Shown: one piece after another, positions 51,493 through 62,176 of the stretch
Layout: every line of letters starts with the position of its first letter
How positions within the stretch are numbered: the first letter of the stretch is position 1
Assembly (NCBI GenBank): GCA_963772725.1
Contig: CAVYYI010000004.1
Span: forward strand, 192,001 to 256,000
From: an uncultured Phycisphaerales bacterium
GTDB taxonomy: Bacteria > Planctomycetota > Phycisphaerae > Sedimentisphaerales > Anaerobacaceae
Length of the DNA: 64,000 nt
Direction of reading: 5' to 3'
The notes under the pieces: generated by a model
What the model was told of the DNA's origin: nothing
Seen by the model: the letters and a program-made list of their open reading frames with translations, nothing else
Databases searched by the model: none
Translations under genes and position numbers: made by a program

Positions 51493-51527
51493 AAAAAAGG
51501 CCGACCCCTTTCTCAGTCGGCCTTTTT
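51493..51527. terminator. Bidirectional intrinsic terminator
   Basis: AAAAAAGGCCGAC-loop-GTCGGCCTTTTT between convergent genes. Confidence 0.8.
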
Positions 51528-51547
51528 GCAAGAAGTTACTCGCCAAT

Positions 51548-51910
51548 TCATTTACGAATCGGCATCTCGTGTTTCTTCCACTCTTCGAAGCCTCCGATGA
51601 GTTCCATTACGGGATAACCATTTTCGGCGAACTCTCTGCATGCTTTAGCGGAAAGCAGGCAGGTAATCGAATAGCAATACACGACGTTTGTTTTGTCGTG
51701 TCTGAGGCCTTCAAATGTTCCCCACTTTTCTTTTGGAAGGTTTACAGCTTCCGGGATATGGCCTTTGCGGTAATCCTCCTCCCTTCGGACATCGATTACG
51801 TTGACTTCGCCAGTTTCAAGCATCTCGTTCAGCCCATTTGGGTCTATTATGAACTCAAGTTTGGCCTCGAAGTATTCCTGCACTTTAAACGGACTTGCTA
51901 CACTTAACAT
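51548..51910 (-). CDS. Rhodanese-like domain protein
   Basis: IDVR..Y..GHIPEA, VVYC and GGFEEW motifs. Confidence 0.9.
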   Translation of the reverse strand: MLSVASPFKVQEYFEAKLEFIIDPNGLNEMLETGEVNVIDVRREEDYRKGHIPEAVNLPKEKWGTFEGLRHDKTNVVYCYSITCLLSAKACREFAENGYPVMELIGGFEEWKKHEMPIRK

Positions 51911-52079
51911 GTTTTGTCTCCTTTGAATCTCTTGTCATTATCAATGCTCGTCTGCTATGTTATACGCTGGGGTTCATTTCATGGTTCTATATTGAACGGG
52001 TAAAATATTGACATCTGCCGCGGCACGAGGTAAGGTATTGTGAAAAATACTGTCAGGTTTTTGAATTGGTGCCTTATTT

Positions 52080-54090
52080 ATGAAGATTTCGCTGAATTGG
52101 CTGAATGATTATGTTCAAACGGGGCTAAATGCCGAGGAAATAAGTCAAATTTTGAGCAATCTCGGTTTTCCCTGTGAATCAATCGAGCATCTTAAAGACG
52201 ACGCGGTAATTGACGTAGAGGTGACGAGCAATCGCGGGGACTGTCTGTCGTATATCGGCATTGCGCGTGAATTAGCAGTGGTTACCGGCAAAGAACTGAA
52301 ATTACCGGTGATAAGTCTTGACGAATCGTCGAAGAGTGCGAGCGAATTTGCCGTGGTGGAAATTGATGAACCGAAATTGTGCCGTCGATATACCGCACGC
52401 GTTATAGAGGGCGTCAAGATTGGGCCTTCGCCGCAGTGGGTTGTGAAACGGCTGGAAGCGGTAGGGATGCGGAGCGTTAATAATGTGGTCGATGCGACTA
52501 ATTACGCGATGATGGAGACAGGCCAGCCTCCGCATGCTTTTGATTATAAAAAAATATTTGGGGGTAAAATAATCGTTAGAAACGCCCGTGCCGGTGAACG
52601 AATTATCAGTATCGACGGGTCGAAGTGCGATTTGGACACAAATATGCTTGTCATCGCAGATAGTCAAATGCCTGTTGCGGTCGCGGGTGTAATGGGCGGA
52701 CTTGACAGCGAGGTAAGCGATGGGACGACGACGGTTCTGCTTGAGGATGCGTGGTTCGACCCTGTGTGTGTCAGGACGACGTCGCGGAAACTTTCGCTGC
52801 CATCGGATGCTGCATTCAGGTTCGAGCGGATTGTCGATATTGAGATGATTGACTGGGCGTCGAGGCGGACGGCTCAACTGATTACGCAATTGGCGGGCGG
52901 CAAAGTCGCAAAAGGGGTGGTTGATATTTATCCCGGTAAAGGGACTAAAAAGCAGGCAACGCTGAGATTGTCCCGACTCAAGAAACTGCTTGGTATAGAG
53001 ATTGCGGCTGAAGAGATGGTAAAGATTTTGTCGCGGCTTGGTTTTAATCCTCAGCAAAAAGGCGATTCGATTGAGTGTACATCGCCATCGTGGCGAAGTG
53101 ACATTTATCGTGAGGCCGACCTGATTGAGGAGGTAGCACGCGTTTATGGCTATGACAAGATACCGACGGAGCATAAAATTGAGATAGAGGTTGTGTCTCA
53201 TGACACCAGGCAGAAACTGACGAACGCTGTAATTTCGTATCTGAATGGATGCGGTTTCTATGAGGCGGTTACCGTTACTTTTACTGATGAGCAGGTCGCT
53301 GGACTTTTCACGAGCAGTGATATCGCGGAACATCTGGCGGTAAAAGATGTGGCCAGGAAGAGCGCAAATCTGCTTAGGCAGAACCTTATCGGTTCGCTGC
53401 TTGGTGTGCTGAAAACCAATCTGAATGTAGGGAATACGCCGTGCAGAATATTTGAAATTGCAGACACTTTTATTCCGGATAAAAATTCTGTGCTGCCGGT
53501 TGAGAATCCCAAGCTGAGCCTTGTTTGCGATGGGGACATTAGATTTCTGCGAGGTGTCATTGAGGGACTGGTGCGGAGTATTAAAAGAGACAGCAAAGTT
53601 ATTTTCCGGCCTGCGCAGGCGGCATGGACGCAGGTGGGTGCGGAAGTGGTTATAAATGGTAACACGGCGGGAATGGCGGGAATTGTCTCACAGAAGATAA
53701 AGGAAAAATTCGATTTTAAAACGCAGCCTTGCGCGGCGGAGATTGATTTTGATGGTCTTTTAGCGCTGGCCGGTGAGGCGGTAAAAGTCAAGGCGATACC
53801 GAGATTTCCAGCGATAGACCGTGACCTTTCTATCATTGTCGATGATAAGATTTCGTGGGCGGATATTTCCGCGGCGGTGGACAAAAAGGCATCATCGGAA
53901 CTTGAGAAGCTTGATTTTATCGAGATATATCGCGGCAAGAGTATTCCAGCGGGCAAAAAAGAGCGTGACGCTGACGCTTCGGTTCAGGGACACGGACGGG
54001 ACACTTACCCACGAGCAGGTTGACAGCTTTGAATCGGTAATTGTCAAAGGACTGCGTGATACGCTCGGTGCCGAATTGCGGACGTCTTAA
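52080..54090 (+). CDS. pheT: Phenylalanine-tRNA ligase beta subunit (frameshift in the A-run near 53955)
   Basis: NRGDCLS, GQPPHAFD, PSWRSD and RDLS motifs. The C-terminal KKSVTLTLRFR..TLT is in another frame. Confidence 0.95.
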
Positions 54091-54250
54091 ATTGGGTTTT
54101 GGATGCGGAATAAGCAATTGGAAGGCAAGGATTAAGAGATATGCTTATTGCTGATTATCAGTTATTCGTTCAGAATATTGTTATTACATTGTAAATGGTA
54201 CTAAATTTCCATAAAGAGGGATGAATATTATTCAAGCGAAAGGAAAAACA

Positions 54251-54811
54251 ATGAAACTGACAATTATTATCTCATTATTGGTGTTGCCGTTCCTGTTGTT
54301 GGCGGGGTGCGCGGTCGCACCGGATAACCAGCCCGACAAAGACGTTCTCACGGCGCAGGTGCAGGAAGCTGTGACGATTTTCAAGACGAAAGACCCGACT
54401 ATTGAACGGTTCTTTAAGCAGTCTTACGGCTACGCAGTGTTTCCCAAGATTTTTAAGGCAGGATTAGTCGCCAGCGGCGCTTATGGCAGGGGAGAAGTGT
54501 TCGAAGGGGGGAAAATGGCTGGCTACAGCAGTATGTCACAGGCGAGCGTCGGATTTTCCATAGGCGGAGAGTTCTATCGCGAAATAGTGTTTTTCAGGGA
54601 TAAATATGACCTTGATAAATTCAAGAGACAGGAATATACATTTGCTGCTCAAGTTACAGGGGTGGCGGTTACGGCTGGGGCAGCGTCAAAATGGGATTAT
54701 AAGGCTGGGCTGGCGGTGTTTATTATGGCGGAATCCGGTTTGATGGTGGACGCTTCGGTGGGTGGACAGAGGTTTGAATATCTCCCGCTTCCTATAGAGT
54801 ATAAACCATAG
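54251..54811 (+). CDS. Lipid-binding SYLF/YSC84-like lipoprotein, copy 1
   Basis: Lipobox LAGC, GYAVFP..GAYGRG, ASVGFSIGG and ASVGGQ. Confidence 0.85.
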   Translation: MKLTIIISLLVLPFLLLAGCAVAPDNQPDKDVLTAQVQEAVTIFKTKDPTIERFFKQSYGYAVFPKIFKAGLVASGAYGRGEVFEGGKMAGYSSMSQASVGFSIGGEFYREIVFFRDKYDLDKFKRQEYTFAAQVTGVAVTAGAASKWDYKAGLAVFIMAESGLMVDASVGGQRFEYLPLPIEYKP

Positions 54812-54857
54812 CGAATAAGCTGATTAAATTTTTCAGTAAAATTGAAAGGGGACAAAA

Positions 54858-55401
54858 ATGAAAAAAACAATAATTATTTTATCGTTACTGCTTGCTTTTA
54901 TAGCAGCTGGATGGCGCAACTGCACTGAAAAGCCAGAGGGTAAAGAGGTACTTACGGCACAGGTCGATGAAGCGGTATCCCTATTCAAGACAAAAGACCC
55001 GTCTATTGATAAGTTTTTCAAGCAGTCCTATGGTTATGCTGTGTTTCCGAAGATAGGCAAGGGAGCGTTCTGGATTGGCGGGGCTTTTGGCAGAGGAGAA
55101 GTTTTCGAGCAGGGTAAGATGGTCGGCTACAGACCGATCTCAGGTGAGCCTGGGTTTTTCGTTCGGCGGTGAATTCTTCCGTGAAATCGTCTTCTTTAGA
55201 GATAAATCAGACCTCGATAAATTTAAACAAGAAGAATACACCTTTAATGCACAGGTTACGGGTGTAGCTCTTACCTCAGGTGCGGCAGCCAAGGCAGATT
55301 ACAAATCCGGTCTGGCGGTGTTTATTATGGCGGATAAGGGCCTTATGGTTGACGCATCTCTTGGCGGTCAGAAGTTTAAATATCAGGCTGAGCAGAAATA
55401 A
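54858..55401 (+). CDS. SYLF/YSC84-like lipoprotein, copy 2 (indels)
   Basis: Paralogous to copy 1. ORFs 54858-55172 and 55075-55401 join near 55130. Confidence 0.8.
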
Positions 55402-55532
55402 TAATCCGAAAGTCATTGTGAAATTTGGATTGTTTGCTGCATGGATAAGCTGTATAATTCCCGCTTTAACGTTTGTTGTTCCCGCGCAGGCGGGGATGTG
55501 TATTGTTTATAAACATAATTGAGGTTAAACAA

Positions 55533-56747
55533 ATGGCTAAAGCGGAAAAAGTGGTATTGGCATACAGCGGCGGACTTGATACGAGTGTAATTCTGCCGTG
55601 GCTTAAAGAAACTTATGGTTATGACGTAATCGCGTTCGCCGCGGAATTGGGGCAGGGCGATGAACTTTCTGGCATAAAGAAAAAGGCACTTGAAACTGGT
55701 GCGGTCAAGTGCATTGTTAAAGATTTGCGGAAGGAGTTTGTGGAGGATTTTATCTGGCCGATGCTCAAAGCAGGCGCCGTATATGAAAACGGGTACCTGC
55801 TGGGTACGAGTATCGCGCGGCCTTTAATCGCCAAGCATCAGGTGGAAGTTGCGCATCAGGAACACGCCACCGCTGTCGCTCACGGCGCGACAGGCAAGGG
55901 GAATGACCAGGTTCGGTTCGAGCTTACGTTTATGGCTCTTGACCCGTCTTTGAAAATCATCGCTCCCTGGAAGGACAAGAATTTTACGCTTACCAGCCGG
56001 GAGGCTGCTATTGATTATGCGAAGAAGCATAAGATTCCCATTGACCAGAGCAAAAAGAAAATCTATTCTCGAGACCGGAATTTGTGGCACATTAGCCATG
56101 AAGGGGCGGACCTTGAGGACCCGTGGAATGAGCCGAAGGACGAGTTGTTCGTTATTTCTCAGCCGGTCGTTAAAGCGCCGAACAAGCCTGATTATGTCGA
56201 GATTGGATTTGTTGAGGGTGTGCCGGTTAAACTCAACGGCAAAGCAACCAACGGTGTAAAACTTATTGAGGAACTTAATTATATTGGGGGTAAACACGGT
56301 GTTGGGCAGGCGGATTTGGTGGAAAATCGTCTTGTCGGGATGAAGTCACGCGGCGTGTATGAGACGCCGGGCGGAACGATACTGATGGCTGCGCATAGCT
56401 GGCTTGAAAGTCTGACGCTTGACCGCGAAACAATGCACTATAAGCAGCAGGTCGCGTTGAAATACGCCGAGATGGTTTATTACGGCCAGTGGTATTGCCG
56501 GCTTCGCGAGGCGCTGGACGCGTTTGTGGATGTAACCCAGCGGAATGTTACAGGGGCTGTGCGGGTCAAACTCTTTAAGGGTAAATGCACATTGGCGGGC
56601 GTTAAAAGCGCAAACAGCTTATACCGTCCCGACCTCGCGAGTTTTACGATGGGCGCCGCTTACGATTCGACGGATGCTATCGGCTTTATTCGTTTGTTCG
56701 GTTTGCCGATGAAAATAGCCGGCGCAATTGACCGCAAGAAAACATAA
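55533..56747 (+). CDS. argG: Argininosuccinate synthase
   Basis: [23 protein letters not shown] and [17 protein letters not shown] motifs. Confidence 0.97.
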   Translation: MAKAEKVVLAYSGGLDTSVILPWLKETYGYDVIAFAAELGQGDELSGIKKKALETGAVKCIVKDLRKEFVEDFIWPMLKAGAVYENGYLLGTSIARPLIAKHQVEVAHQEHATAVAHGATGKGNDQVRFELTFMALDPSLKIIAPWKDKNFTLTSREAAIDYAKKHKIPIDQSKKKIYSRDRNLWHISHEGADLEDPWNEPKDELFVISQPVVKAPNKPDYVEIGFVEGVPVKLNGKATNGVKLIEELNYIGGKHGVGQADLVENRLVGMKSRGVYETPGGTILMAAHSWLESLTLDRETMHYKQQVALKYAEMVYYGQWYCRLREALDAFVDVTQRNVTGAVRVKLFKGKCTLAGVKSANSLYRPDLASFTMGAAYDSTDAIGFIRLFGLPMKIAGAIDRKKT

Positions 56748-56807
56748 GTTGCCATTTTGCCGCGTTAGTGGTATTTTAAGGGTAACGTACAGGTTAGAAG
56801 AGCGATT

Positions 56808-57185
56808 ATGGATATCCAAAAACAAGTTGATTATTGGGTAAAAAGTGCAGAAGATGATTTTGCAGCGGCGCAATCGCTATTAGAAAAAGGCCATTTCAGG
56901 CATTGTCTTTTTTTTGCGCATCTTGCCGTTGAGAAAATGCTCAAAGCGCATGTAGTCAAAATAACTAATGATATGCCGCCGCGTATTCATAATCTGGTTC
57001 GTCTTGCCGAGATATCACAATTAAAGCCAAATCAGGAACAATTAAAATTCTTATACCGGTTCGGTCTTTATCAGCTTGAAGGACGTTATCCTGATGCAGG
57101 ACAGGCAACGCTGGATTTGGAAACGGCAAAAGAGAAACTTATATCGGTAAAGGGGTTATTGGAATGGTTGAAAGTACAGTTGTAG
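56808..57185 (+). CDS. HEPN domain protein
   Basis: W...AEDD..A, HLAVEKMLKA, IHNL and RYP motifs. Confidence 0.88.
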   Translation: MDIQKQVDYWVKSAEDDFAAAQSLLEKGHFRHCLFFAHLAVEKMLKAHVVKITNDMPPRIHNLVRLAEISQLKPNQEQLKFLYRFGLYQLEGRYPDAGQATLDLETAKEKLISVKGLLEWLKVQL

Positions 57186-57490
57186 CCGCAGTTAGAAAAT
57201 ATATCACCGCACTTTCGGGAGCAGGTATCCATGCCAGCAAGGCGGTGCTTTTTGGTTCTTATGCCACGGGTAAAGCCGATAGGTGGAGCGATATTGATTT
57301 GATTGTGATTGCCAAAGAGTTCGACGAGCCAAAGGAACTGGAGCTTGTAGAAACAATGTGGCAGACAACAGCGTTAGCGGATAGTCGTATCGAGCCGATA
57401 CCCTGCGGGGAGAAGGAGTGGGAGACAGACCAGAGCCGTCCTATTCTTGAAATCGCCAGGCGCGAAGGCGTCGTTATTAATTCAGATTAA
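57164..57490 (+). CDS. Minimal nucleotidyltransferase (MNT), partner of the HEPN protein
   Basis: LFGSYATG..WSDIDL; overlaps the HEPN gene. Confidence 0.88.
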   Translation: MVESTVVAAVRKYITALSGAGIHASKAVLFGSYATGKADRWSDIDLIVIAKEFDEPKELELVETMWQTTALADSRIEPIPCGEKEWETDQSRPILEIARREGVVINSD

Positions 57491-57521
57491 TTTCGGTCAG
57501 CTTGAAAACAAAAGGCTAACA

Positions 57522-58496
57522 ATGAAAAAAACCGGTCTTTCATTAATTGAACTGCTGGTTGTTGTCGTGAGTATAGCTCTGGTGATGGGTATATTGATTC
57601 CTGTTCTTGCCAAAGTCAAACTGATTTCTTGCCGCAGGGCTTGTGAATCAAATCTGTCACATATTTTTAAGGCAATGTTGGTTTATACTGACGACTGGGA
57701 TGAGCCATTCCCCCTGGCAGGAGGAAAACGAATTAGTTCATCTGCTCCGTGGTGTGTCAATGGGATAATATCCAACTGGCAGGGAAATACATGGCAAGAT
57801 GCTTACGGTTCGGATGAGGGTGTAACAATTACATCGTGCTTTTATCTTCTGGTGAAATATGCCAATGTTGTGCCTAAAACTTTTGTTTGCAGGGGGGACA
57901 AAGGGGCTAAAGAATTTAAGCTAAGTGAACAAAAGGATTGTACTTTAAGAGATATTACCGAAGCTTGGGATTTTGGTAATAATCCATCTACATATTGCAG
58001 CTATGCTTATCAGTATCCATTTTCCGGTTATGGTGCCAGAAGTATATCTGCGAAAGGTACGCCGGTATTGGCAGATAGAAACCCGTATTATGATGATAAC
58101 GCAAGGGGCGCGGGTAATAGCTCTTTAAGGGGGAAAATGTATCTTGATGGCGGCGATGGGCAGGACGGAGTTCGATTCTGGGATACAGCCGGTCAGAAAT
58201 ATGCCGACCCTGACAAAACGGGTAATACGGCGGCACACCGGAGAAGTGGGCAAAATGTTGCATTTGTGGATGGCCATGTGAAATTTGTCAAGACGGTGAA
58301 TGTCGGTATTGATAATGATAATATTTATACGCCCTGGCCTGTGGCTGAGGCTGCGCAGGCACAGAGAGAAATAGGGATAATTAACGCGCGAGGCTGGGAC
58401 TGTGGGACAATAAATATGCCAAGTTTACCGATTGATAAGCAGAAGGATGCTTTTCTGGTAAGCGAGAGTCAGAGTGTTGGAAAAACGGGCGAGTGA
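57522..58496 (+). CDS. Prepilin-type N-terminal cleavage/methylation protein with an H-X9-DG domain
   Basis: KTGLSLIELLVV..C.SNL; H-RRSGQNVAFV-DGHV. Confidence 0.85.
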   Translation: MKKTGLSLIELLVVVVSIALVMGILIPVLAKVKLISCRRACESNLSHIFKAMLVYTDDWDEPFPLAGGKRISSSAPWCVNGIISNWQGNTWQDAYGSDEGVTITSCFYLLVKYANVVPKTFVCRGDKGAKEFKLSEQKDCTLRDITEAWDFGNNPSTYCSYAYQYPFSGYGARSISAKGTPVLADRNPYYDDNARGAGNSSLRGKMYLDGGDGQDGVRFWDTAGQKYADPDKTGNTAAHRRSGQNVAFVDGHVKFVKTVNVGIDNDNIYTPWPVAEAAQAQREIGIINARGWDCGTINMPSLPIDKQKDAFLVSESQSVGKTGE

Positions 58497-59251
58497 AAAA
58501 GTCGAAGATACAAGAAGGTGTAAGTTTAATAGGGCAGGGATTGCATCATCTTTTCTGGCCGGCGATATGCGTGAGTTGTCGGGAAATTATCGGCGAGGGA
58601 AGAAACGGACTGTGTAAAAACTGCTGGGATGAGGTGATGGCGTCCTGTGCTGGTGACTACTGTCCGCGGTGCGGAAGGGATGTTAGCAAGTACGCTGTTC
58701 TAAATGGTGTTTGCCCGTGGTGTCAGGGGGAGGAAATATATTTTGATAATATCGCACGGGCGGGGGTTTATGATAAGTCGCTGCGATCAATGATACTGGC
58801 GTTTAAGAAGAACCGCGTGGAATTGGATTCGATGCTGGGTTCGCTTGTGAATTCAGCTTTGCAGGGCAGCGGTTTTTATAATGAAATAGAAATGTTTGTA
58901 CCTGTTCCGCTGCATTGGACAAGGCGGCTGATTCGAGGCTATAACCAATCAAGGCTCATTGCTCAAACTCTAAAACATCCGCGTGCGGAAATCAGCGATG
59001 ACCTTGCGAGGATTCGCATGACTAAGGCGCAGCCGGCAATGCAAACGCCTGCTAAGAGAGCGAAAAATGTTGCGGGCGCTTTTGCTGTGCGATACAGGCA
59101 TGATTTTAATGGCAAAAAGGTTTGTCTTGTCGATGATATTAAGACGACAGGTTCAACGCTCAATGAGTGTGCAAGGACGCTTAAAGAAGCTGGTGCGGCA
59201 AAAGTCTTTGCTGTTGTTTTAGCGGTGGCGGGACAACATATTGACTATTAA
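58493..59251 (+). CDS. comF: ComF family protein (zinc ribbon plus phosphoribosyltransferase)
   Basis: CxxC pairs, PVPLH..RGYNQS and LVDDIKTTGST. Confidence 0.88.
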   Translation: MKKSKIQEGVSLIGQGLHHLFWPAICVSCREIIGEGRNGLCKNCWDEVMASCAGDYCPRCGRDVSKYAVLNGVCPWCQGEEIYFDNIARAGVYDKSLRSMILAFKKNRVELDSMLGSLVNSALQGSGFYNEIEMFVPVPLHWTRRLIRGYNQSRLIAQTLKHPRAEISDDLARIRMTKAQPAMQTPAKRAKNVAGAFAVRYRHDFNGKKVCLVDDIKTTGSTLNECARTLKEAGAAKVFAVVLAVAGQHIDY

Positions 59252-59510
59252 CTCAGAAGCACTAAGCTTGAAGCACGACAAATTCCAAACATAAAAATCA
59301 AAGAATTACACAGTGATAAAAATATTTATTTAACTACTGATTGGTACGTAAAGTCTGATAATGGCGATAGTTACGCCGTTTAATTAATAAACGGTAATAG
59401 ACTCAAACTTTAATAAAGTTAAAATATATTTTAAAAAAGTTAAAATTCTGCTTGCTTTCATAAAATGAAAGTGTATTTTAATAATATGGAAGTAAATGAG
59501 GAGCTATATT

Positions 59511-59813
59511 ATGGCTGATACGATTCCAGAATGGATTAAAGGGCTGAGTGAAGAGGACTGGCAGTTTATTAAACGTATGCTGCTGGCGTCTGGTTCTCTT
59601 AAAGATGTGGCTGAACAATATGGTATTTCTTATCCTACGGTCAGAATCAGGTTGAACAGTCTCATCGAGAAAGTCCAGATACTCGATTCCAAAAAATCAA
59701 AGACGCCGTTTCATCAAAAAATTCAGTTGCTCGTGGCGGAGGGGAAACTTGATATTTCGGTCGCGAGGACATTAATAAGAACTTTTGAGGAAACTATAAG
59801 CGGAAAGGGGTAA
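59511..59813 (+). CDS. DUF2089 family HTH protein
   Basis: LSEEDWQFIKRMLLASGSLK...YGISYPTVRIRL. Confidence 0.85.
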   Translation: MADTIPEWIKGLSEEDWQFIKRMLLASGSLKDVAEQYGISYPTVRIRLNSLIEKVQILDSKKSKTPFHQKIQLLVAEGKLDISVARTLIRTFEETISGKG

Positions 59814-59815
59814 AT

Positions 59816-60157
59816 ATGGAAGAATGGTTTAATTCACAAATGGCTGGGTTTATCGGTGGTGCGATTGGGGCTGGATTAGGGATATTGGGAGGTCTGATTG
59901 GCGGCTTCAGTAACTTTTGCATACGAAAGGGCTGGAAAAAAATTGTGTATGGGGCATTTGTTTTTGGTATAGCTGGAAGCGTTATTTTGTTGCTGACAGG
60001 TATTATCGCTTTATGCGTCAAACAGCCTTATCATGTATGGTATGTATTTTTGCTGCCCGGATTTATAGGGACAATTGTTTTTTCGAGCCTTTTTCCAGTG
60101 ATGCGCAAAAGATTTATCGAAGCTGAGATTCGCAAATCACAAGCTCAAGACCTATGA
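59816..60157 (+). CDS. Small glycine-rich membrane protein
   Basis: Three hydrophobic helices; closely coupled to the DUF2089 gene. Confidence 0.7.
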   Translation: MEEWFNSQMAGFIGGAIGAGLGILGGLIGGFSNFCIRKGWKKIVYGAFVFGIAGSVILLLTGIIALCVKQPYHVWYVFLLPGFIGTIVFSSLFPVMRKRFIEAEIRKSQAQDL

Positions 60158-60814
60158 TTTAGCGGAATGGATAAGCCAGTTGTACCAGTCGGACATGCCT
60201 TGGCCGGTTTTGGCAGAGACGGGAAAAATTTTAATATTCCTATTGAGTGTCAGGGCGTCGGACTTGACTTTTTCAATATCGAAATTAACCATGCCTGGAA
60301 CGCTGAGCAGGTCAATCTTATTTATGAGCAGGACTTTGGATTTGGCAAAAATGGCGGGGTATTTCACTGGCTTGTCGTCACCTTCAGCGACGGAAAGAAC
60401 GACGACTTTACCTGTTTCACCAAGTTCAAAGGCTGAGGGACAAACGAGGTTGCCGACATTTTCTATGAAAAGCAAATCAAGGTCATTCAGGGGAAGGCTG
60501 TGCAGGGCGGTGCTAACCTGAGCGGCGGACAAATGGCAGGAGCCTTTGGTTTCAATTTGTATGGCGGAGGCTCCGGCGGCCCTGATTCGCCGGGCGTCGA
60601 GGTCGGTTTGTATGTCGCCTTCGATGACGCCGATTTTGATTTTGCTGTTCAAGTCTGTTATGGTTTTTTCGAGGATGGTTGTTTTTCCTGAGCCGGGAGA
60701 GGATATCATATTGAGGCAAAAGCAGCGGCGTCCTGTTAATAGACGGCTGTTCTCGATAGCGTACTGTTCGTTGGCGGAAAGGATTTTTTTGCCGATGTCG
60801 ATTTTCCTGGTCAT
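60152..60814 (-). CDS. hypB: Hydrogenase nickel incorporation GTPase HypB
   Basis: SSPGSGKT, CHL, ENVGNLVCP, EGDDKP and NKID motifs. Confidence 0.95.
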   Translation of the reverse strand: MTRKIDIGKKILSANEQYAIENSRLLTGRRCFCLNMISSPGSGKTTILEKTITDLNSKIKIGVIEGDIQTDLDARRIRAAGASAIQIETKGSCHLSAAQVSTALHSLPLNDLDLLFIENVGNLVCPSAFELGETGKVVVLSVAEGDDKPVKYPAIFAKSKVLLINKIDLLSVPGMVNFDIEKVKSDALTLNRNIKIFPVSAKTGQGMSDWYNWLIHSAKS

Positions 60815-60818
60815 TATA

Positions 60819-61163
60819 TTACTCCGATTCAAATTCTATCGTTTCAATAAGTAAAGGTTCATCAGGGAGCAGGCTATAATCATTGCTATTGCAGTTTGTG
60901 CAGGAGGGGTTAGTAAATTCAAATTCAAAAATTGTGGCGCAGTGTTCGCATTTAGCTTGTATGGGTTTGTGCTCAATCTGGAGTTTGATGTTTTCGCAGT
61001 TCGTTCCTTTGGCGATGGCCTCGAAGGCGAAACTCAGGGCGTCATCGTTGATAGCGTTTAATATGCCGCAACTGATTTTAGCGAGAACCGGTTTGGTTTT
61101 TTGCTTGGCCGCCTCTGCGGAAATTATTTCAAAAATTCTTTGTGCCACCATAACCTCGTGCAT
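60819..61163 (-). CDS. hypA: Hydrogenase maturation nickel metallochaperone HypA
   Basis: MHE start and CxxC..CxxC. Confidence 0.93.
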   Translation of the reverse strand: MHEVMVAQRIFEIISAEAAKQKTKPVLAKISCGILNAINDDALSFAFEAIAKGTNCENIKLQIEHKPIQAKCEHCATIFEFEFTNPSCTNCNSNDYSLLPDEPLLIETIEFESE

Positions 61164-62176
61164 CAGCAAATCCTCGGAAGTTGGCGGCCGGAGGGCATGT
61201 TAACTATTCTTTTACCGCCGATTTTTGTTGTCATTTCGACCAGTGGGACATCGCGGGTCTGTACGACTTCGCCCATTATAGCGGCGTCTTTACCGAGCGG
61301 ATGTTTTTTCATAAGTTTCAGGCAGTTGGCGGAGGTTTCTGGTGAGACAACCGTGACGAATTTCCCCTCGTTGGCGATATCGAGTACATCGAAGCCGAGA
61401 ATATCGGCAGCGGCCTCAACAGATGGATTGATAGGAATATCGGCTTGCCGAACCAGTACGTTCAGGCCGGTAGCTTTTGCGATATCGTTAAGTACGACGG
61501 CAAGGCCGCCTCGGGTGGGGTCTCGCATAAATTTTATGCCTTTTATGTTTTCGAGCAGTTGGCAAGTCAAGGGGGCAAGTGCGGCGCAATCGCTTTTCAA
61601 AGGCGACTGAAATTGGATTTCTTTTCGCTGGATGATGATGGTCATACCGTGGTCGCCTAAAGTGCCGCTGACGATTATTTTGTCGCCGGGGGTTATTTTA
61701 TTCATACCGAGGTCGATACCGGGCAATCGGATGCCGATTCCGGCAGTATTGATGAAAATGCCGTCGGCTGCGCCAGCCTCAACAGTTTTTGTATCGCCGG
61801 TAACGATATTTACGTTATTTTCTTTTGCTGTATTACTTATGCTGTCGAGAATTTTTTCGAGCGTCGTGATATCGAAGCCTGTCTCGATTATCAGAGCCAG
61901 TGACATCGCCAGCGGTTTTGCGCCGGCGACAGCCAAGTCGTTTATGGTTCCGCAGACGGCGAGTTTGCCGATGTCCCCGCCGTTAAAGAACAGAGGTTTA
62001 ACAACGTAGCTGTCAGTGGTGAAGCATATCAAATTGGATGGAAGATTAAGTTTTGCTGAATCGCCCAGTTCCGCGAGGGTGTCGTTTTTGAATCTTGGCA
62101 GGATTTTCTCGCGGATTAATTCATCGGTGAGTTGACCGCCGCCTCCGTGCGCGAGCAAAATTTTATTATGTTTCAT
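61163..62176 (-). CDS. hypE: Hydrogenase maturation protein HypE
   Basis: LAHGGGG, TTDSYVV, RDPTRGG and C-terminal LPRIC. Confidence 0.96.
   Translation of the reverse strand: MKHNKILLAHGGGGQLTDELIREKILPRFKNDTLAELGDSAKLNLPSNLICFTTDSYVVKPLFFNGGDIGKLAVCGTINDLAVAGAKPLAMSLALIIETGFDITTLEKILDSISNTAKENNVNIVTGDTKTVEAGAADGIFINTAGIGIRLPGIDLGMNKITPGDKIIVSGTLGDHGMTIIIQRKEIQFQSPLKSDCAALAPLTCQLLENIKGIKFMRDPTRGGLAVVLNDIAKATGLNVLVRQADIPINPSVEAAADILGFDVLDIANEGKFVTVVSPETSANCLKLMKKHPLGKDAAIMGEVVQTRDVPLVEMTTKIGGKRIVNMPSGRQLPRIC

Noticed and set aside
55478..55497. REP/dRS3-like palindrome TTCCCGCGCAGGCGGGGAT
   Set aside because: A single degenerate copy with no partner or associated transposase, so too little to interpret.
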